Assembly: GCA_044229975.1 (NCBI GenBank)
Contig: JBGARZ010000004.1
Coordinates: 352,001-416,000, forward strand
Length of the DNA stretch: 64,000 nt
Direction: 5' to 3'
Origin: Polyangiales bacterium
Lineage (GTDB): Bacteria; Myxococcota_A; Polyangia; Polyangiales; Ga0077539
The translations under genes were made by a program, and so were the position numbers. Under the pieces are notes generated by a model. The model was not told where the DNA came from and did not search any database. It saw only the letters and a list, made by a program, of their open reading frames with translations. Positions 28,483-37,632 of the stretch are shown in pieces. Position 1 is the stretch's first letter. Each line of letters starts with the position of its first letter.

Positions 28483-28560
28483 CGCCGAAGCCCGCGGCGC
28501 CGTCGGGTCTGCCGCGGATGCGCGCGCTGCCGAAGGGACGCAGCAGCTTCCATGGGCGGT
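28483..28560 (+). repeat. 78-bp direct repeat, copy 2 (orphan bactofilin 3' end; right island boundary)
   Basis: Encodes PKPAAPSGLPRMRALPKGRSSFHGR versus PKPAAPSGPPRMPALPKGRSSFQGR in the intact gene. Confidence 0.9.
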
Positions 28561-28563
28561 TTA

Positions 28564-28879
28564 TACCGATTCACCCCGTCGACGTTCGCGAAGTGGGGGG
28601 CCGGGGTTCACGGTGCAGGCTCCGCGTCCGTCGGGCTCCGTTCACCCCGGTCAATGGTAGGGGGTCACCCCGCCGCTGCGCGACGGGGTTGCAACGGAAG
28701 TCACTGCCCCCCGCTTTTCGTCGGTCAGGAGTGTGACGGATCTCGGGCCTGCAACCCCGTCGCGTAGCGGCGGGGTGACCCCCTACCATTGACCGGGGTG
28801 AACGGAGCCCGACGGACGCGGAGCCTGCACCGTGAACCCCGGCCCCCCACTTCGCGAACGTCAACGGGGTGAATCGGTA
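28564..28879. mobile_element. 316-bp foldback MITE-like element with 130-bp inverted arms and a TTA target duplication
   Basis: Arms 28564-28693 and 28750-28879 (2 mismatches), 56-bp spacer, ends TACCGATTCACCCC/GGGGTGAATCGGTA, flanked by TTA at 28561-28563 and 28880-28882. Confidence 0.8.
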
Positions 28880-28897
28880 TTAGTCCCGGAGCGGGAG

Positions 28898-28936
28898 AGA
28901 CACTTTCACGGTGAGTCGGGTCACTGCGAAAGTGTC
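28898..28936. repeat. ~40-bp palindromic site, copy 3
   Basis: AGACACTTTCACGGTG-AGTCGGGT-CACTGCGAAAGTGTC. Confidence 0.9.
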
Positions 28937-29030
28937 CCGACGAGGCTCACCCATCGCCGCGCACACCGCGGCGACCGTTGGCGCTATGGTCCGCGCCGCT
29001 CACTTTCGAGCGACGAAGGATCACCCCCCA

Positions 29031-29537
29031 ATGGTCGCAGCGCAGATCGCCCAGTTCACCAAGATGCTCGAAAACCTCGACCGCTGGCTCGACAAAGCCG
29101 AGGCCCACGCCGCGAAGAAGTCCTTCGACGTCAACGTCCTCGCGGCCGCGCGGCTCGCGCCCGACCAGTACCCGCTCTCGCGGCAGGTGCAGGCCGCCTG
29201 CGACGCCGCGAAGTTCGCCGCCGCGCGGCTCTCGGGCCAGGAACCGCCGAAGCACCCCGACACCGAGACCACCTTCCCCGAGCTCAAGGCGCGCGTCGCG
29301 TCGGTGCTCGGCTACCTCAAGACCTTCACCCCCGCGAGCTTCGAGGGCGCCTCGTCGCGGGTGGTTCCGCTGTCGTTTCTCCCCGGCAAGGGGCTCGCGG
29401 GCGAGGACTACCTGAACGAGTTGTCCGCGCCCAACTTCTACTTCCACGTCACGACCGCGTACGCGATCCTGCGCCACAACGGCGTCGACGTCGGCAAGAG
29501 CGACTACATGGGTTCGCTCAACCTCCGCGACCTGTGA
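29031..29537 (+). CDS. DUF1993 family (DinB-like fold) protein
   Basis: ARLAPDQYPLSRQVQAACD, PNFYFHVTTAYAILRHNGVDVGKSDY. Confidence 0.92.
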   Translation: MVAAQIAQFTKMLENLDRWLDKAEAHAAKKSFDVNVLAAARLAPDQYPLSRQVQAACDAAKFAAARLSGQEPPKHPDTETTFPELKARVASVLGYLKTFTPASFEGASSRVVPLSFLPGKGLAGEDYLNELSAPNFYFHVTTAYAILRHNGVDVGKSDYMGSLNLRDL

Positions 29538-29610
29538 CGCGCAGAGCCTCAGGTCTCGGAGGCACCACCGTCGCGTCGCGCGAGTAGTTGCCGGTCCGCG
29601 TGGCGTGGCC

Positions 29611-29967
29611 TCAGTCGCGATCGCAGTACGGCGCGTCGGCGGGCGCGGTGCAGTGGTAGTGCGCGGGGCAGATGAACGCCGCGCAGGGGTCGCGCGTCGG
29701 GCTCGGCGCGGGGGCGGGGGCGGGGGGCACGCAGCGCGGGCGCGACACCACGCGGTTGCCCTCGGCGTAGTCGGGGCTGGGCTGCAACTCGCAGCGCGTG
29801 CCCGCGGGGCAGACGGCGGCGCGGCAGGGGTCCGACGCAGCGTCGGGCGCGGACGCGTGGGAGGGGGCGGGCGCCCCGTGGACGGCGGGCACCGCGGAGG
29901 GCGGGGGGGCGGCCGCGCACGCGGCGCTACCAAAGACCCAGGCGGTGAGGGCGAGGGGATTGCGCAT
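29611..29967 (-). CDS. Small secreted Cys-rich protein
   Basis: Signal-like N-terminus; two DPC..xxCPxxxxC modules. Confidence 0.6.
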   Translation of the reverse strand: MRNPLALTAWVFGSAACAAAPPPSAVPAVHGAPAPSHASAPDAASDPCRAAVCPAGTRCELQPSPDYAEGNRVVSRPRCVPPAPAPAPSPTRDPCAAFICPAHYHCTAPADAPYCDRD

Positions 29968-30228
29968 CGCGGCGGAGTAGCGCAGCGGCGACGCTCGCGC
30001 GAGCGCGAAGACGTGCCCCTGTTCCGGTGCGGCCATCGGCGCGGGGCCGATGGCGACTGCCGCGGTTACGGCGCCGGCGCGAGCGTCACGCAGAGCCGGC
30101 GCTGCCGAAGGGGCGCAGCCGCTTCCAGGGGCGGTGACTGCGCGTCCGCCACGGCCGCCGTCACCGGGCCCCACGCCGCAACGTCAGCAAGGCGCGCAAC
30201 GGTCTGGCCCCGGTCGACGACCGGCCCG

Positions 30229-31176
30229 CTATCCGAAGAAGGTGCGCCGCCCGCGGGCGAGCTCGTCGAGCGAGGCCTGCATGGCCGCGCGCACTTCGTC
30301 GTAGCAGCGCTGGAGGGTCGCCGGATCATCGGCCGCCGAGGGGTCGAGCTCGGGCCACGCGATGGGGGCGCCGAACTGCAGCGTGGTCTGCGCGGGCAGC
30401 GGGAGGTACGGCAGGACGCCCAGGGTCAAGCCCCACGGCACGTTGAGCACCACGGGGAAGACCTCCAGCCGCAGCCACCGCTTCGCGCCGACCCAGCGGG
30501 CCAGCGAGTCGCCGCGGGTGAGCACGATCCACTGCTCGTGCGTCCCTACGCTCACCACCGGGACGATCGGCGTCCGCTCCCGGATCGCCAGCTTCAGGAA
30601 GCCCTTCCGTCCGCCGAGCTCGATCTTGTAGCGGTCCTTGAAGGGCCGCGTGGCGTCGAGGTCCGAGCCCGGGTAGACCAGCACGAGGTGCTCGCCCTGC
30701 AGCGCCCGCGCCGCGCCCTCGTGCCCCGCGCGGAGGACGCCCGCCCGCGAGGCGATCCGGCGCAGCGTCGCGTTGGAGTGCAGCACGTCGTGCGAGAGCG
30801 AGTACAGGCGCCGCGCGTCGCCGAAGCGGTTGTAGATCGCGGCCAGGGTGAGCGCGCTGTCGCTCACCATGAGGCCGCCGTTGTGGCTGCCCACGAGGAG
30901 CGCGCGGCCGGAGGCGGGGACGTGCTCGATGCCGCGCACCTTCCAACGGAAGTAGCGTTCTCCGATGGCCGTGAACGCCTCGCTCCACGCGCGCACCGCC
31001 TCGGGGTCGAAGGCGTCGAGGTCGTGCGAGGGCAGGTGTCGGTCGGGCGCCGTGACGTACTTCGTCAGCGCGTAGGCGAAGCCGGGCGGCGTGAGCAGCG
31101 CGAGCCCGTCGGGGCCGACCTCGCGCGCCACGCGCGTCCACCAGCTCGCCCGCTCGTCGGTCGTCGGTGTGCTCAT
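30229..31176 (-). CDS. Lysophospholipid acyltransferase family (PlsC-like)
   Basis: LLVGSHNGG, LVYPGS, GFLKLAIRERTPIVPVVSVG. Confidence 0.9.
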   Translation of the reverse strand: MSTPTTDERASWWTRVAREVGPDGLALLTPPGFAYALTKYVTAPDRHLPSHDLDAFDPEAVRAWSEAFTAIGERYFRWKVRGIEHVPASGRALLVGSHNGGLMVSDSALTLAAIYNRFGDARRLYSLSHDVLHSNATLRRIASRAGVLRAGHEGAARALQGEHLVLVYPGSDLDATRPFKDRYKIELGGRKGFLKLAIRERTPIVPVVSVGTHEQWIVLTRGDSLARWVGAKRWLRLEVFPVVLNVPWGLTLGVLPYLPLPAQTTLQFGAPIAWPELDPSAADDPATLQRCYDEVRAAMQASLDELARGRRTFFG

Positions 31177-31286
31177 GCGCAGGCGAGAGCGTACGCCATC
31201 GGCGTGTCGGGCGAGACGACCGCAAGGCACCTCGCATCACGAGACGCGCGCGCGCCCACCTTTGCGATTACCCTCGACCCCTCCCG

Positions 31287-32558
31287 ATGACCACAGCCCG
31301 CGTCTCCCTCTTCGCCGCCCTGCTCGTCGCCTGCACGGGCGCGTCCTTCGACCCGGTGACGCCGGTCGCCGACGCCTCCATCGCCGACGCGCCCATCGCC
31401 GACGCACCCACCGCCGACGCGCCCTCGTGCGTAGCCTCCGCCACGCAACCTGTCCCGCGTGGCGATGCGGTCGGCGCGGTCGACCCCCTGACCGGCGACT
31501 TCTACCTCTTCGGCGGCGACGTCGGCCCCGTCGAGACGTGCATGGCACGACCGCGGTTCAGCAACGAGACGTGGCGCTACGACGCCCGCTGCGTCAACTG
31601 GGAACGCCTCCAGCCCGAGTCGTCCCCGTCGCCCCGCTCGCGCGCCGCGTACGCCCTCGACGCGCGCCGCCGTCGCCTGCTCGTCTTCGGCGGCCGCTCC
31701 CGCGAGGCATCGAGCGGCGCGTACACCCTCTACGACGAGCTGTGGTCGCTCGACCTCGCCGAGCAGCGATGGACGATGCTCTCCACGAAGGGCACCGGTC
31801 CCACGGCGCGCGCCAACGCCACCCTGGTCACCGACGACGCCTCGGACGCGGCGATCGTGTTCGGTGGCAACACCAGCAGCGACGGGGCGCGCTTCACCCC
31901 GCGCAACGACACCTGGCGCCTCGACCTCGCCTCGCTCACCTGGACTCGGATCGCCAGCACCCGCAGCCCTCCGGCGCGGCAGTTTCACGCGGCGGCGGCG
32001 CGTGACGGGGCGATGCTCGTGCTGGGGGGCGGCGACACCAACGCCTTCACCGGCCCCTTCCTGGGCGACGCGTGGCGCCTCGACGTCGCGCTCGGGCAGT
32101 GGTCGCGGCTGGACCTCTCCGGCGACGCGGACGAACTCGGTGGGCGCATCAGCCACGCCCTGGTCGCGCGCGAGGGCGGCTGGGTGACCGTCGGCGGCCA
32201 TGACGACGGTGCGCTGGGCAACCGCAACGACGTGCTCGCGCTCACGGACGACGGCGTGGTCACCCGGAGCCGCGTGGGCGACACGCTACAGACGCCGGGC
32301 AACGGGTTCTGCGACTTCCCCGCGGACTTCGCGGCGATCGACGACACCTCCCCGGAGCGCCGCAGCGCCTTCGTGCTGGCCGTCGATGCGCCACGGCAGC
32401 GGGCGATCGTCTACGGCGGCAAGACCGACTGCGGAACCGCCAGCGACCTCTGGTCACTCGACCTGCGAACGCTGACGTGGACGGTGCTCCGGGCCGCCAC
32501 CGACGGCCTGTCGTGCGGCCGCACCGGGCGCGAGCGCTGCGTCGGCCTCTGCGGCTGA
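31287..32558 (+). CDS. Kelch-repeat lipoprotein
   Basis: LVAC lipobox; repeated YLFGG/VFGG...W Kelch motifs. Confidence 0.85.
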   Translation: MTTARVSLFAALLVACTGASFDPVTPVADASIADAPIADAPTADAPSCVASATQPVPRGDAVGAVDPLTGDFYLFGGDVGPVETCMARPRFSNETWRYDARCVNWERLQPESSPSPRSRAAYALDARRRRLLVFGGRSREASSGAYTLYDELWSLDLAEQRWTMLSTKGTGPTARANATLVTDDASDAAIVFGGNTSSDGARFTPRNDTWRLDLASLTWTRIASTRSPPARQFHAAAARDGAMLVLGGGDTNAFTGPFLGDAWRLDVALGQWSRLDLSGDADELGGRISHALVAREGGWVTVGGHDDGALGNRNDVLALTDDGVVTRSRVGDTLQTPGNGFCDFPADFAAIDDTSPERRSAFVLAVDAPRQRAIVYGGKTDCGTASDLWSLDLRTLTWTVLRAATDGLSCGRTGRERCVGLCG

Positions 32559-32615
32559 CGCTCCGTCGAACGGGCTGATCCCGCTGGAGCGGTCAGCAGC
32601 TCCGACGCCCCGGCG

Positions 32616-32927
32616 CTATCCGACGAACGCGACGCCCTCGCGCAGGAGGTCGAGCCATCGCTGCCGGTCGGGGGTCGGCACCGAGAGCCACTCCCTGAAC
32701 ACCCTTCCCGCCGGAGCGAAGTCCTGGCCGACGCCGGCCGCGATGAGCGCCGCGACGCGGGCCTTCGGCAGCTTCACCACCAGCCCCGACCCCTTGTAGT
32801 CGACCAGCGCCAGGAACTCCTTCCCGACGCGGAGGCAGCGGCCGTTCATGATGGTGCCCTCGACGACGCGAGGGTCGGCGGCTCGAAGCTCGGCTGCGAG
32901 CTCCCAGAAGAGTTCTTCGTCGGTCAC
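32616..32927 (-). CDS. Small TfoX-N/MmcQ-like protein
   Basis: CLRVGKEFLA...LVVKLP...GRVFREWLSV; GTGA coupling to the sigma factor. Confidence 0.7.
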   Translation of the reverse strand: MTDEELFWELAAELRAADPRVVEGTIMNGRCLRVGKEFLALVDYKGSGLVVKLPKARVAALIAAGVGQDFAPAGRVFREWLSVPTPDRQRWLDLLREGVAFVG

Positions 32928-34195
32928 GTCGTTGTCCTCATGGTGGTGGTGTCGATGCCTCCGAGCGCCTCGATCCGTCCGCGGATCTGGGCCCGCTCGT
33001 GAGCGTTGCGCGCGGCCTGCTCGGCCCGTCGCAGCGACGACCGCGCCTCCTCCTGGTGCCCCATCTCCGCGAGGAGCGTTCCACGCACGACGTGGACGTA
33101 GGGGCAACCAGCCGGGTCGACGGTGGCGTCGCGCTCCAAGAGGCGCAGCCCCGCCGCGGGACCCCGGGCGCGCGCGACCGCGAAGGCCCGGTTGACGCGC
33201 ACCGTCGGCGTCGGACGGTGGCCTTCGAGGAGCGCGTAGAGGTCCGCGATCTCCATCCACTCCGTGTCTTCCGCGCGGCGCGCGCGGCAGTGCACGGCGG
33301 CGATCGCGGCCTCGATCTGGTGCGGTCCCGGCCGCCCGAGGGCGAGCGCGCCGTCGAGGATCGTGGTCGCGGCGACGATCGCCTCCCGGTCCCAGCGCCC
33401 GCGGTCCTGCGCGGGAAGCGGAACCGACTCGCCGTTGCGATCGCTTCGCGCGCCGCGACGCGCGTCGTGGAGCAGCACGAGCGAGAGGAGCCCCGCCGCC
33501 TCGGCCTCGTCGGGAAACGCGGCGACGGTCGAGCGCGCGAGCCCGATCGCGAGGCGACACAGGTCGGCCCGGATGGGGGCGTCGTCGCGCGCCGACCAGT
33601 AGCCCTCGTTGAAGAGCAGGTGGATCGTGCGCAGCACCGCGGCGATGCGATCGCGGCCGTCGCCCGCCGCCACGCCGTCGCAGTCGCCCCGCTCGCGCAG
33701 CCGGGAGCGCGCCCGCGCGAGGCGCTGCTCGACCGCGCGCGGTGCGACGAGGAAGGCCGCCGCGATCTCCAGCGTCGACAGCCCCACCACCGTCGCCAGC
33801 GCGAGCGCCGCGCTCTCGCCCTCGTCGAGCACCGGGTGGCAGCAGGCGAAGAGGAGACCGAGGAGCTCGTCCTTCCACCCCCGCGCGACGGCCTCGTCGG
33901 CCACGGCGACGCGCGCCCACGGGCTCCATTGTGCGAGGGTCTCCAGGGCGTCCTCGCGGGGCGCCTCTCGTCGCCCCCGCCGAAGACGGTCGCGGTGGCA
34001 GTTGGTCGCGACGGTCACCAGCCACGCTTCGGGAGAGTCGGGAGCGCCGCGCTCGGCCCATCCCCGCAGCGCGCGCTCGACCGCGTCGTGCACGGCGTCC
34101 TCCGCGTCGGGGACGCTGCGGGTGAGCCTCAGCGTCTTCGCGAGCACGCGGGGGTAGAGCAGACGCAGCGCCTCCGCGTGCGCGGCCGGGCTCAC
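32924..34195 (-). CDS. ECF sigma factor with C-terminal TPR extension (ECF42-like)
   Basis: AEDAVHDA, LLFACCHP, LLFNEGY, QDRGRWD, QIEAAIAAVH; adjacent DGPF/YciI gene. Confidence 0.88.
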   Translation of the reverse strand: MSPAAHAEALRLLYPRVLAKTLRLTRSVPDAEDAVHDAVERALRGWAERGAPDSPEAWLVTVATNCHRDRLRRGRREAPREDALETLAQWSPWARVAVADEAVARGWKDELLGLLFACCHPVLDEGESAALALATVVGLSTLEIAAAFLVAPRAVEQRLARARSRLRERGDCDGVAAGDGRDRIAAVLRTIHLLFNEGYWSARDDAPIRADLCRLAIGLARSTVAAFPDEAEAAGLLSLVLLHDARRGARSDRNGESVPLPAQDRGRWDREAIVAATTILDGALALGRPGPHQIEAAIAAVHCRARRAEDTEWMEIADLYALLEGHRPTPTVRVNRAFAVARARGPAAGLRLLERDATVDPAGCPYVHVVRGTLLAEMGHQEEARSSLRRAEQAARNAHERAQIRGRIEALGGIDTTTMRTTT

Positions 34196-34551
34196 GGGCC
34201 CCGCCGCCAGGTCACGGGGCGCACCTCGACGACGTGCGAACGATCGGGACAGAGCCGCCGCGCCCGCGCGATGGCCTCGTCCTCGCTCGCGCAGTCGACG
34301 ACGTAGAAGCCGACGAGCCACTCCTTCGTCTCGATGTACGGACCGTCGGTCACCTCGTGCGCCCCCACGCCGGGTCGTACGGTGCGCGCCGTCGGGGCGT
34401 CGTCGAGGCGGGCGACGAGGTGCAGCTCGCCGCGCGCCGACGCCTCGGCCTGGACCGCGCGGTGACCCGCGAGCGCCGCCCGCTCCTCGAGCTCCGGGAT
34501 GGGCTCCGACGGGGGCGCCATGCGGTAGATGAGCAGCGCGTAGGTCACCAT
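34192..34551 (-). CDS. YciI/DGPF family protein
   Basis: VTDGPYIETKEWLVGFYVVDC...VEVRP. Confidence 0.9.
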   Translation of the reverse strand: MVTYALLIYRMAPPSEPIPELEERAALAGHRAVQAEASARGELHLVARLDDAPTARTVRPGVGAHEVTDGPYIETKEWLVGFYVVDCASEDEAIARARRLCPDRSHVVEVRPVTWRRGP

Positions 34552-34626
34552 CACGTGGGCGCGACGATACCAGCGCGCTCGGGCGGGGCGTCGAACGACA
34601 CCACGTTGCGCGGCGTCGTCATCGCT

Positions 34627-34965
34627 TCATGCCTTCTGCCAGAGGGCGATCGCGGCGCCCCCGGGGTCGCGCACGACGACGAACTCGCCGGCCGGCCCAC
34701 GTGTCTTCGGCGCGATGATCTGGGCGCCCAGCCCGACGGCCTTCGTACTGGCGGCGTCGACGTCGTCGACCTGGACGTAGGGGAGCCACGCCGTCGCGCC
34801 GTCCTCCGTGGGGCGGAGGCTGGCGAAGGGGCCCTTCTCGCCGACGAACATCGTCATGCCCCCGGGGCCCTCGGTGGTCTTCCACCCGAGGAGCCCCTCG
34901 TAGAAGGCCGTCGATTCGGTGGGCTTGCTGCTGCTGTTGTGAAACCAGACGAACGCGTCGGACAT
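34627..34965 (-). CDS. VOC/glyoxalase family protein
   Basis: AFYEGLLGW, WLPYVQVDDVD, RDPGGAAIALWQ; AAGGAG RBS. Confidence 0.9.
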   Translation of the reverse strand: MSDAFVWFHNSSSKPTESTAFYEGLLGWKTTEGPGGMTMFVGEKGPFASLRPTEDGATAWLPYVQVDDVDAASTKAVGLGAQIIAPKTRGPAGEFVVVRDPGGAAIALWQKA

Positions 34966-35108
34966 GGACCTCTCCTTCGAGGACGGGCTCCCGGGATGGG
35001 GCCTCGTGAGGGGAGACGTCCGGGGTCGACCGACTACGACAGGGGGTCGCGACGATTTCTGGGGAGCACCCGGACGCCGCCCTCGCACCTCGAAGCTCCG
35101 GTGGCGAG

Positions 35109-35444
35109 CTACGGCTTGCCGAACAGGCCCTTGAGATCGTCGACGATGCGACGTGCGAGGGCCTTTCCTGCGGGTGAGATCCGCGTCCAGGGGACGCCTT
35201 CCAGGGTCGCCACGACCCCGACGACGGCGTTGACGTTGAGGCGTTCGGGGAAGCGCTCGACGTAGCGGCGGCACACCTCGTCGGCGCCGAGGCGCTCGAT
35301 CTGGTCGACGGTCGTGATGCCGAGGGCGGCGAACTCGGGGAGGGTCACGGGCCCGAAGTTCACGACGTCGGCGAGGGGCGTCGGTTCGCCGGGTCGTCGT
35401 TGGGCGAGCGCGCGGGTCCGTGCGTCGGGTCGCTTCGTGGTCAC
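35109..35444 (-). CDS. TfoX C-terminal-like (HhH) protein
   Basis: VNFGPVT...LGITTVDQIERLGA...LEGVPW. Confidence 0.7.
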   Translation of the reverse strand: MTTKRPDARTRALAQRRPGEPTPLADVVNFGPVTLPEFAALGITTVDQIERLGADEVCRRYVERFPERLNVNAVVGVVATLEGVPWTRISPAGKALARRIVDDLKGLFGKP

Positions 35445-36229
35445 CGCGCACGCTCCCGGAAGAACGCGGCGCTGGCCTCATCCGCCGGGAACATGAGCTC
35501 GACCCGCAGCTCCGACGCCGTGACCTCGACGGCCGTGTCGAAGCGGAGCACGGTGGAGACCGTACGGACGAGGCGTCCGCCGATGCGAAACCGGGGACAG
35601 ACGACCGGCAGATCCGTCGGGGCCGGGCGCTCGGCGGGGAGCGCGTGCTCCGCATGGGCCTCGGCGCGACGCAGCAACGCGAGCACCTCGGGGTCGGCCG
35701 TCTGCCGTGCCTCGCGGCGCAGGCTGTCGACGCCCGCCCACGCAACGTCCTCCCAGTTCTCGACCATCTCCCGGAAGGGCCCCGGCGCGAACCACAGGTC
35801 GATGACCGCCTCGGGCGCCATGGCGCAGAGTCCGGGGAAGAGCGCCTCCGCGGCCCGGTTCGCCGCGAGCGCCCGCAACCCGCGTGCGTAGACCCACGCC
35901 GGAAAGGGGTCGTGGGTGCGAAGCACGCGCTCGATGACGTCCGCGATGGGTTGCATCGCCGCCGCCGAGAGCGCGTGCGCGGGATACTCAGGGGCGAGCC
36001 CCGCGGCGCTCAGCAGCGCGTTGCGCTCGCGAATGGGTACGTCGAGCGCGGCGGCGAGGCGAAGCACCAGATCCCTGCCAGGTCGAGAGCGGCCCGTCTC
36101 CAGGAACGAGAGGTGGCGCGGGGTGGTGCCCGCCTGGGTCGCGAGGAGGAGCTGCGAGAGGCCGCTCCGTCCCCGCCAGTGACGCAGATGCTGTCCGAAT
36201 GGGTTCGACGGTCGGGTGTCCTTCGCCAT
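35441..36229 (-). CDS. XRE-family HTH regulator with MmyB-like ligand-binding domain
   Basis: FGQHLRHWR...RHLSFLETGRSRP...RNALLSAAG...ELRVELMFPAD. Confidence 0.9.
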   Translation of the reverse strand: MAKDTRPSNPFGQHLRHWRGRSGLSQLLLATQAGTTPRHLSFLETGRSRPGRDLVLRLAAALDVPIRERNALLSAAGLAPEYPAHALSAAAMQPIADVIERVLRTHDPFPAWVYARGLRALAANRAAEALFPGLCAMAPEAVIDLWFAPGPFREMVENWEDVAWAGVDSLRREARQTADPEVLALLRRAEAHAEHALPAERPAPTDLPVVCPRFRIGGRLVRTVSTVLRFDTAVEVTASELRVELMFPADEASAAFFRERAR

Positions 36230-36252
36230 CGCGGGACGGTATCGCGAGGGCG

Positions 36253-36651
36253 TCATCGACGGAGTGCGACGAGCATCATCGCGAGGCCGACCCAGCTCGC
36301 GACCCAGAGTGCCGAGCGCAGCCCGGGAACCCCCGAGAGGTACGCCGGCACGTACAGCACGCGCGCGACCAGGAACCACGCCGCGCCGACGCTCGCGGAC
36401 GCCGAGGGCGTGCGACCCGCCACGTGCAGGAGCGCGACCGTCAGGAAGACCGGCAGCGCCTCGTGAAGGTTGCCGAGCGCACGCTCGGCGCGGGACCCGA
36501 GGTGCGAAATCGGAGGTTGGACGTCGCGCGGCCCGAGCGCGATGCGGAGGCGTTCGCCGACGCCGGGGCCCGCGAAGAGATAGCGGAAGGACGCAGGAAG
36601 CAGCGTCTGCGCGACGAACAGAGCAAGGACAGCGAGGATCCATCGGGTCAT
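36253..36651 (-). CDS. MAPEG family membrane protein
   Basis: RAERALGNLHEALPVF...ARVLYVPAY. Confidence 0.88.
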   Translation of the reverse strand: MTRWILAVLALFVAQTLLPASFRYLFAGPGVGERLRIALGPRDVQPPISHLGSRAERALGNLHEALPVFLTVALLHVAGRTPSASASVGAAWFLVARVLYVPAYLSGVPGLRSALWVASWVGLAMMLVALRR

Positions 36652-36774
36652 TCCCAGAGGATGCAGGGGGCGCGGAGCCACGCGCGATTCCCGAAGCGGG
36701 AGTCGCGCCGCGGATGACGCCCGCCGCTCGTCGTCCCGCGACGAAGGGGCGCGGGAAGGCCGCGCGGTGACGGG

Positions 36775-37557
36775 TCAGTGCCCGGCGGCCTCGTCCTCCA
36801 GCGCGACGAGGCGCGCGTCGATCTCCCCCAGCAGCTCCTCGGCGGCCTCGGCGCCGATGGCCCCCTCGCGGTGTGCGTGCTGCGCCGCGTCCTTCTCGAC
36901 GAGCAGGAGCTGCCGCGCCAGCGCGTGACGCTCCTCGCGCCGGAGCGCCTCGTGGGCGAGGTGCATCGCGCGCAGGTGCTCGTCGCTGGCCGCGAGCCGT
37001 TGGTTGTACTCGTCGCGGAGCTCGGTGAGCACCGCGTCGGACAGTCCGCCCTTCCCGGCCGCCTGCTGGAGCGCGGCGAGCGCGGCGGTCGTCGCGCGCT
37101 GCTCCCCCCGCACGACCTCGTAGCGAACCCGGTCGGTGCCCGCCGCGACGAGCCCGAGGCGCCGCAGCAGCGGGGCCATGGTGAGGCCCTGCCCCAGGAT
37201 GGACACCACCACCACGCCGAAGGTCATCGTCACGATCAGCTCGCGGTGCGGAAGCGACCGCGGCAGCGCCAGGGCGAGCACCATCGAAAGCCCCCCGCGC
37301 AGCCCGCCCCAGGTGAGCACCGCCGCCCACGACGCGGGGAAGCGCTCGCGGGTGCGCCGCAGCGCGAGGCCCACGAGCGCCACCACCACGCCCCGGGCGA
37401 TGGTCACGGCGACGAAGGCCACGAGGATGGGCCTCCAGGCGTGCAGCAGCGCGCCGAGGCGCACCTCGAAGCCGATGAGCAGGAAGACCACCGAGTTGAG
37501 CGCGAAGGCGACGTACTCCCAGAACGACTCCACCGCGAGGCGCGTCGACGGCGACAT
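36775..37557 (-). pseudogene. 5'-truncated duplicate of the CPA1 Na+/H+ antiporter (C-terminal ~260 aa)
   Basis: About 14 substitutions versus 53385-54173 by hand comparison; 5' half lost through an 835-bp deletion at a GCGACATGC microhomology. Confidence 0.88.
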
Positions 37558-37585
37558 GCGTGATCTCGACCAGTTCAACCGGTGG

Positions 37586-37632
37586 AGATGGCGGCCCGAC
37601 CATCCGTTGTCCTGCAACCAGCGGTTGCACCC
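37586..37632 (-). promoter_or_regulatory. nhaA-I RNA motif (Li+-I riboswitch), copy upstream of the truncated antiporter
   Basis: GGGTG-CAACCGCTGGTTG-CAGG-ACAAC-GGATGGTCGGGCCGCCATC; matches the recalled GGGUG..CAGG..GGUCGGGCCGCC consensus. Confidence 0.75.

Noticed and set aside
28317..28864. ORFs 28317-28736 and 28571-28864 with near-identical translations
   Set aside because: An artefact of reading the two arms of the foldback element; no transposase motifs.
18156..28936. 40-bp palindromes as CRISPR repeats or parS sites
   Set aside because: The copies are kilobases apart with no spacer array or cas genes. The TTTCAC/GTGAAA half-sites resemble parS but are separated by 16 bp instead of being adjacent.
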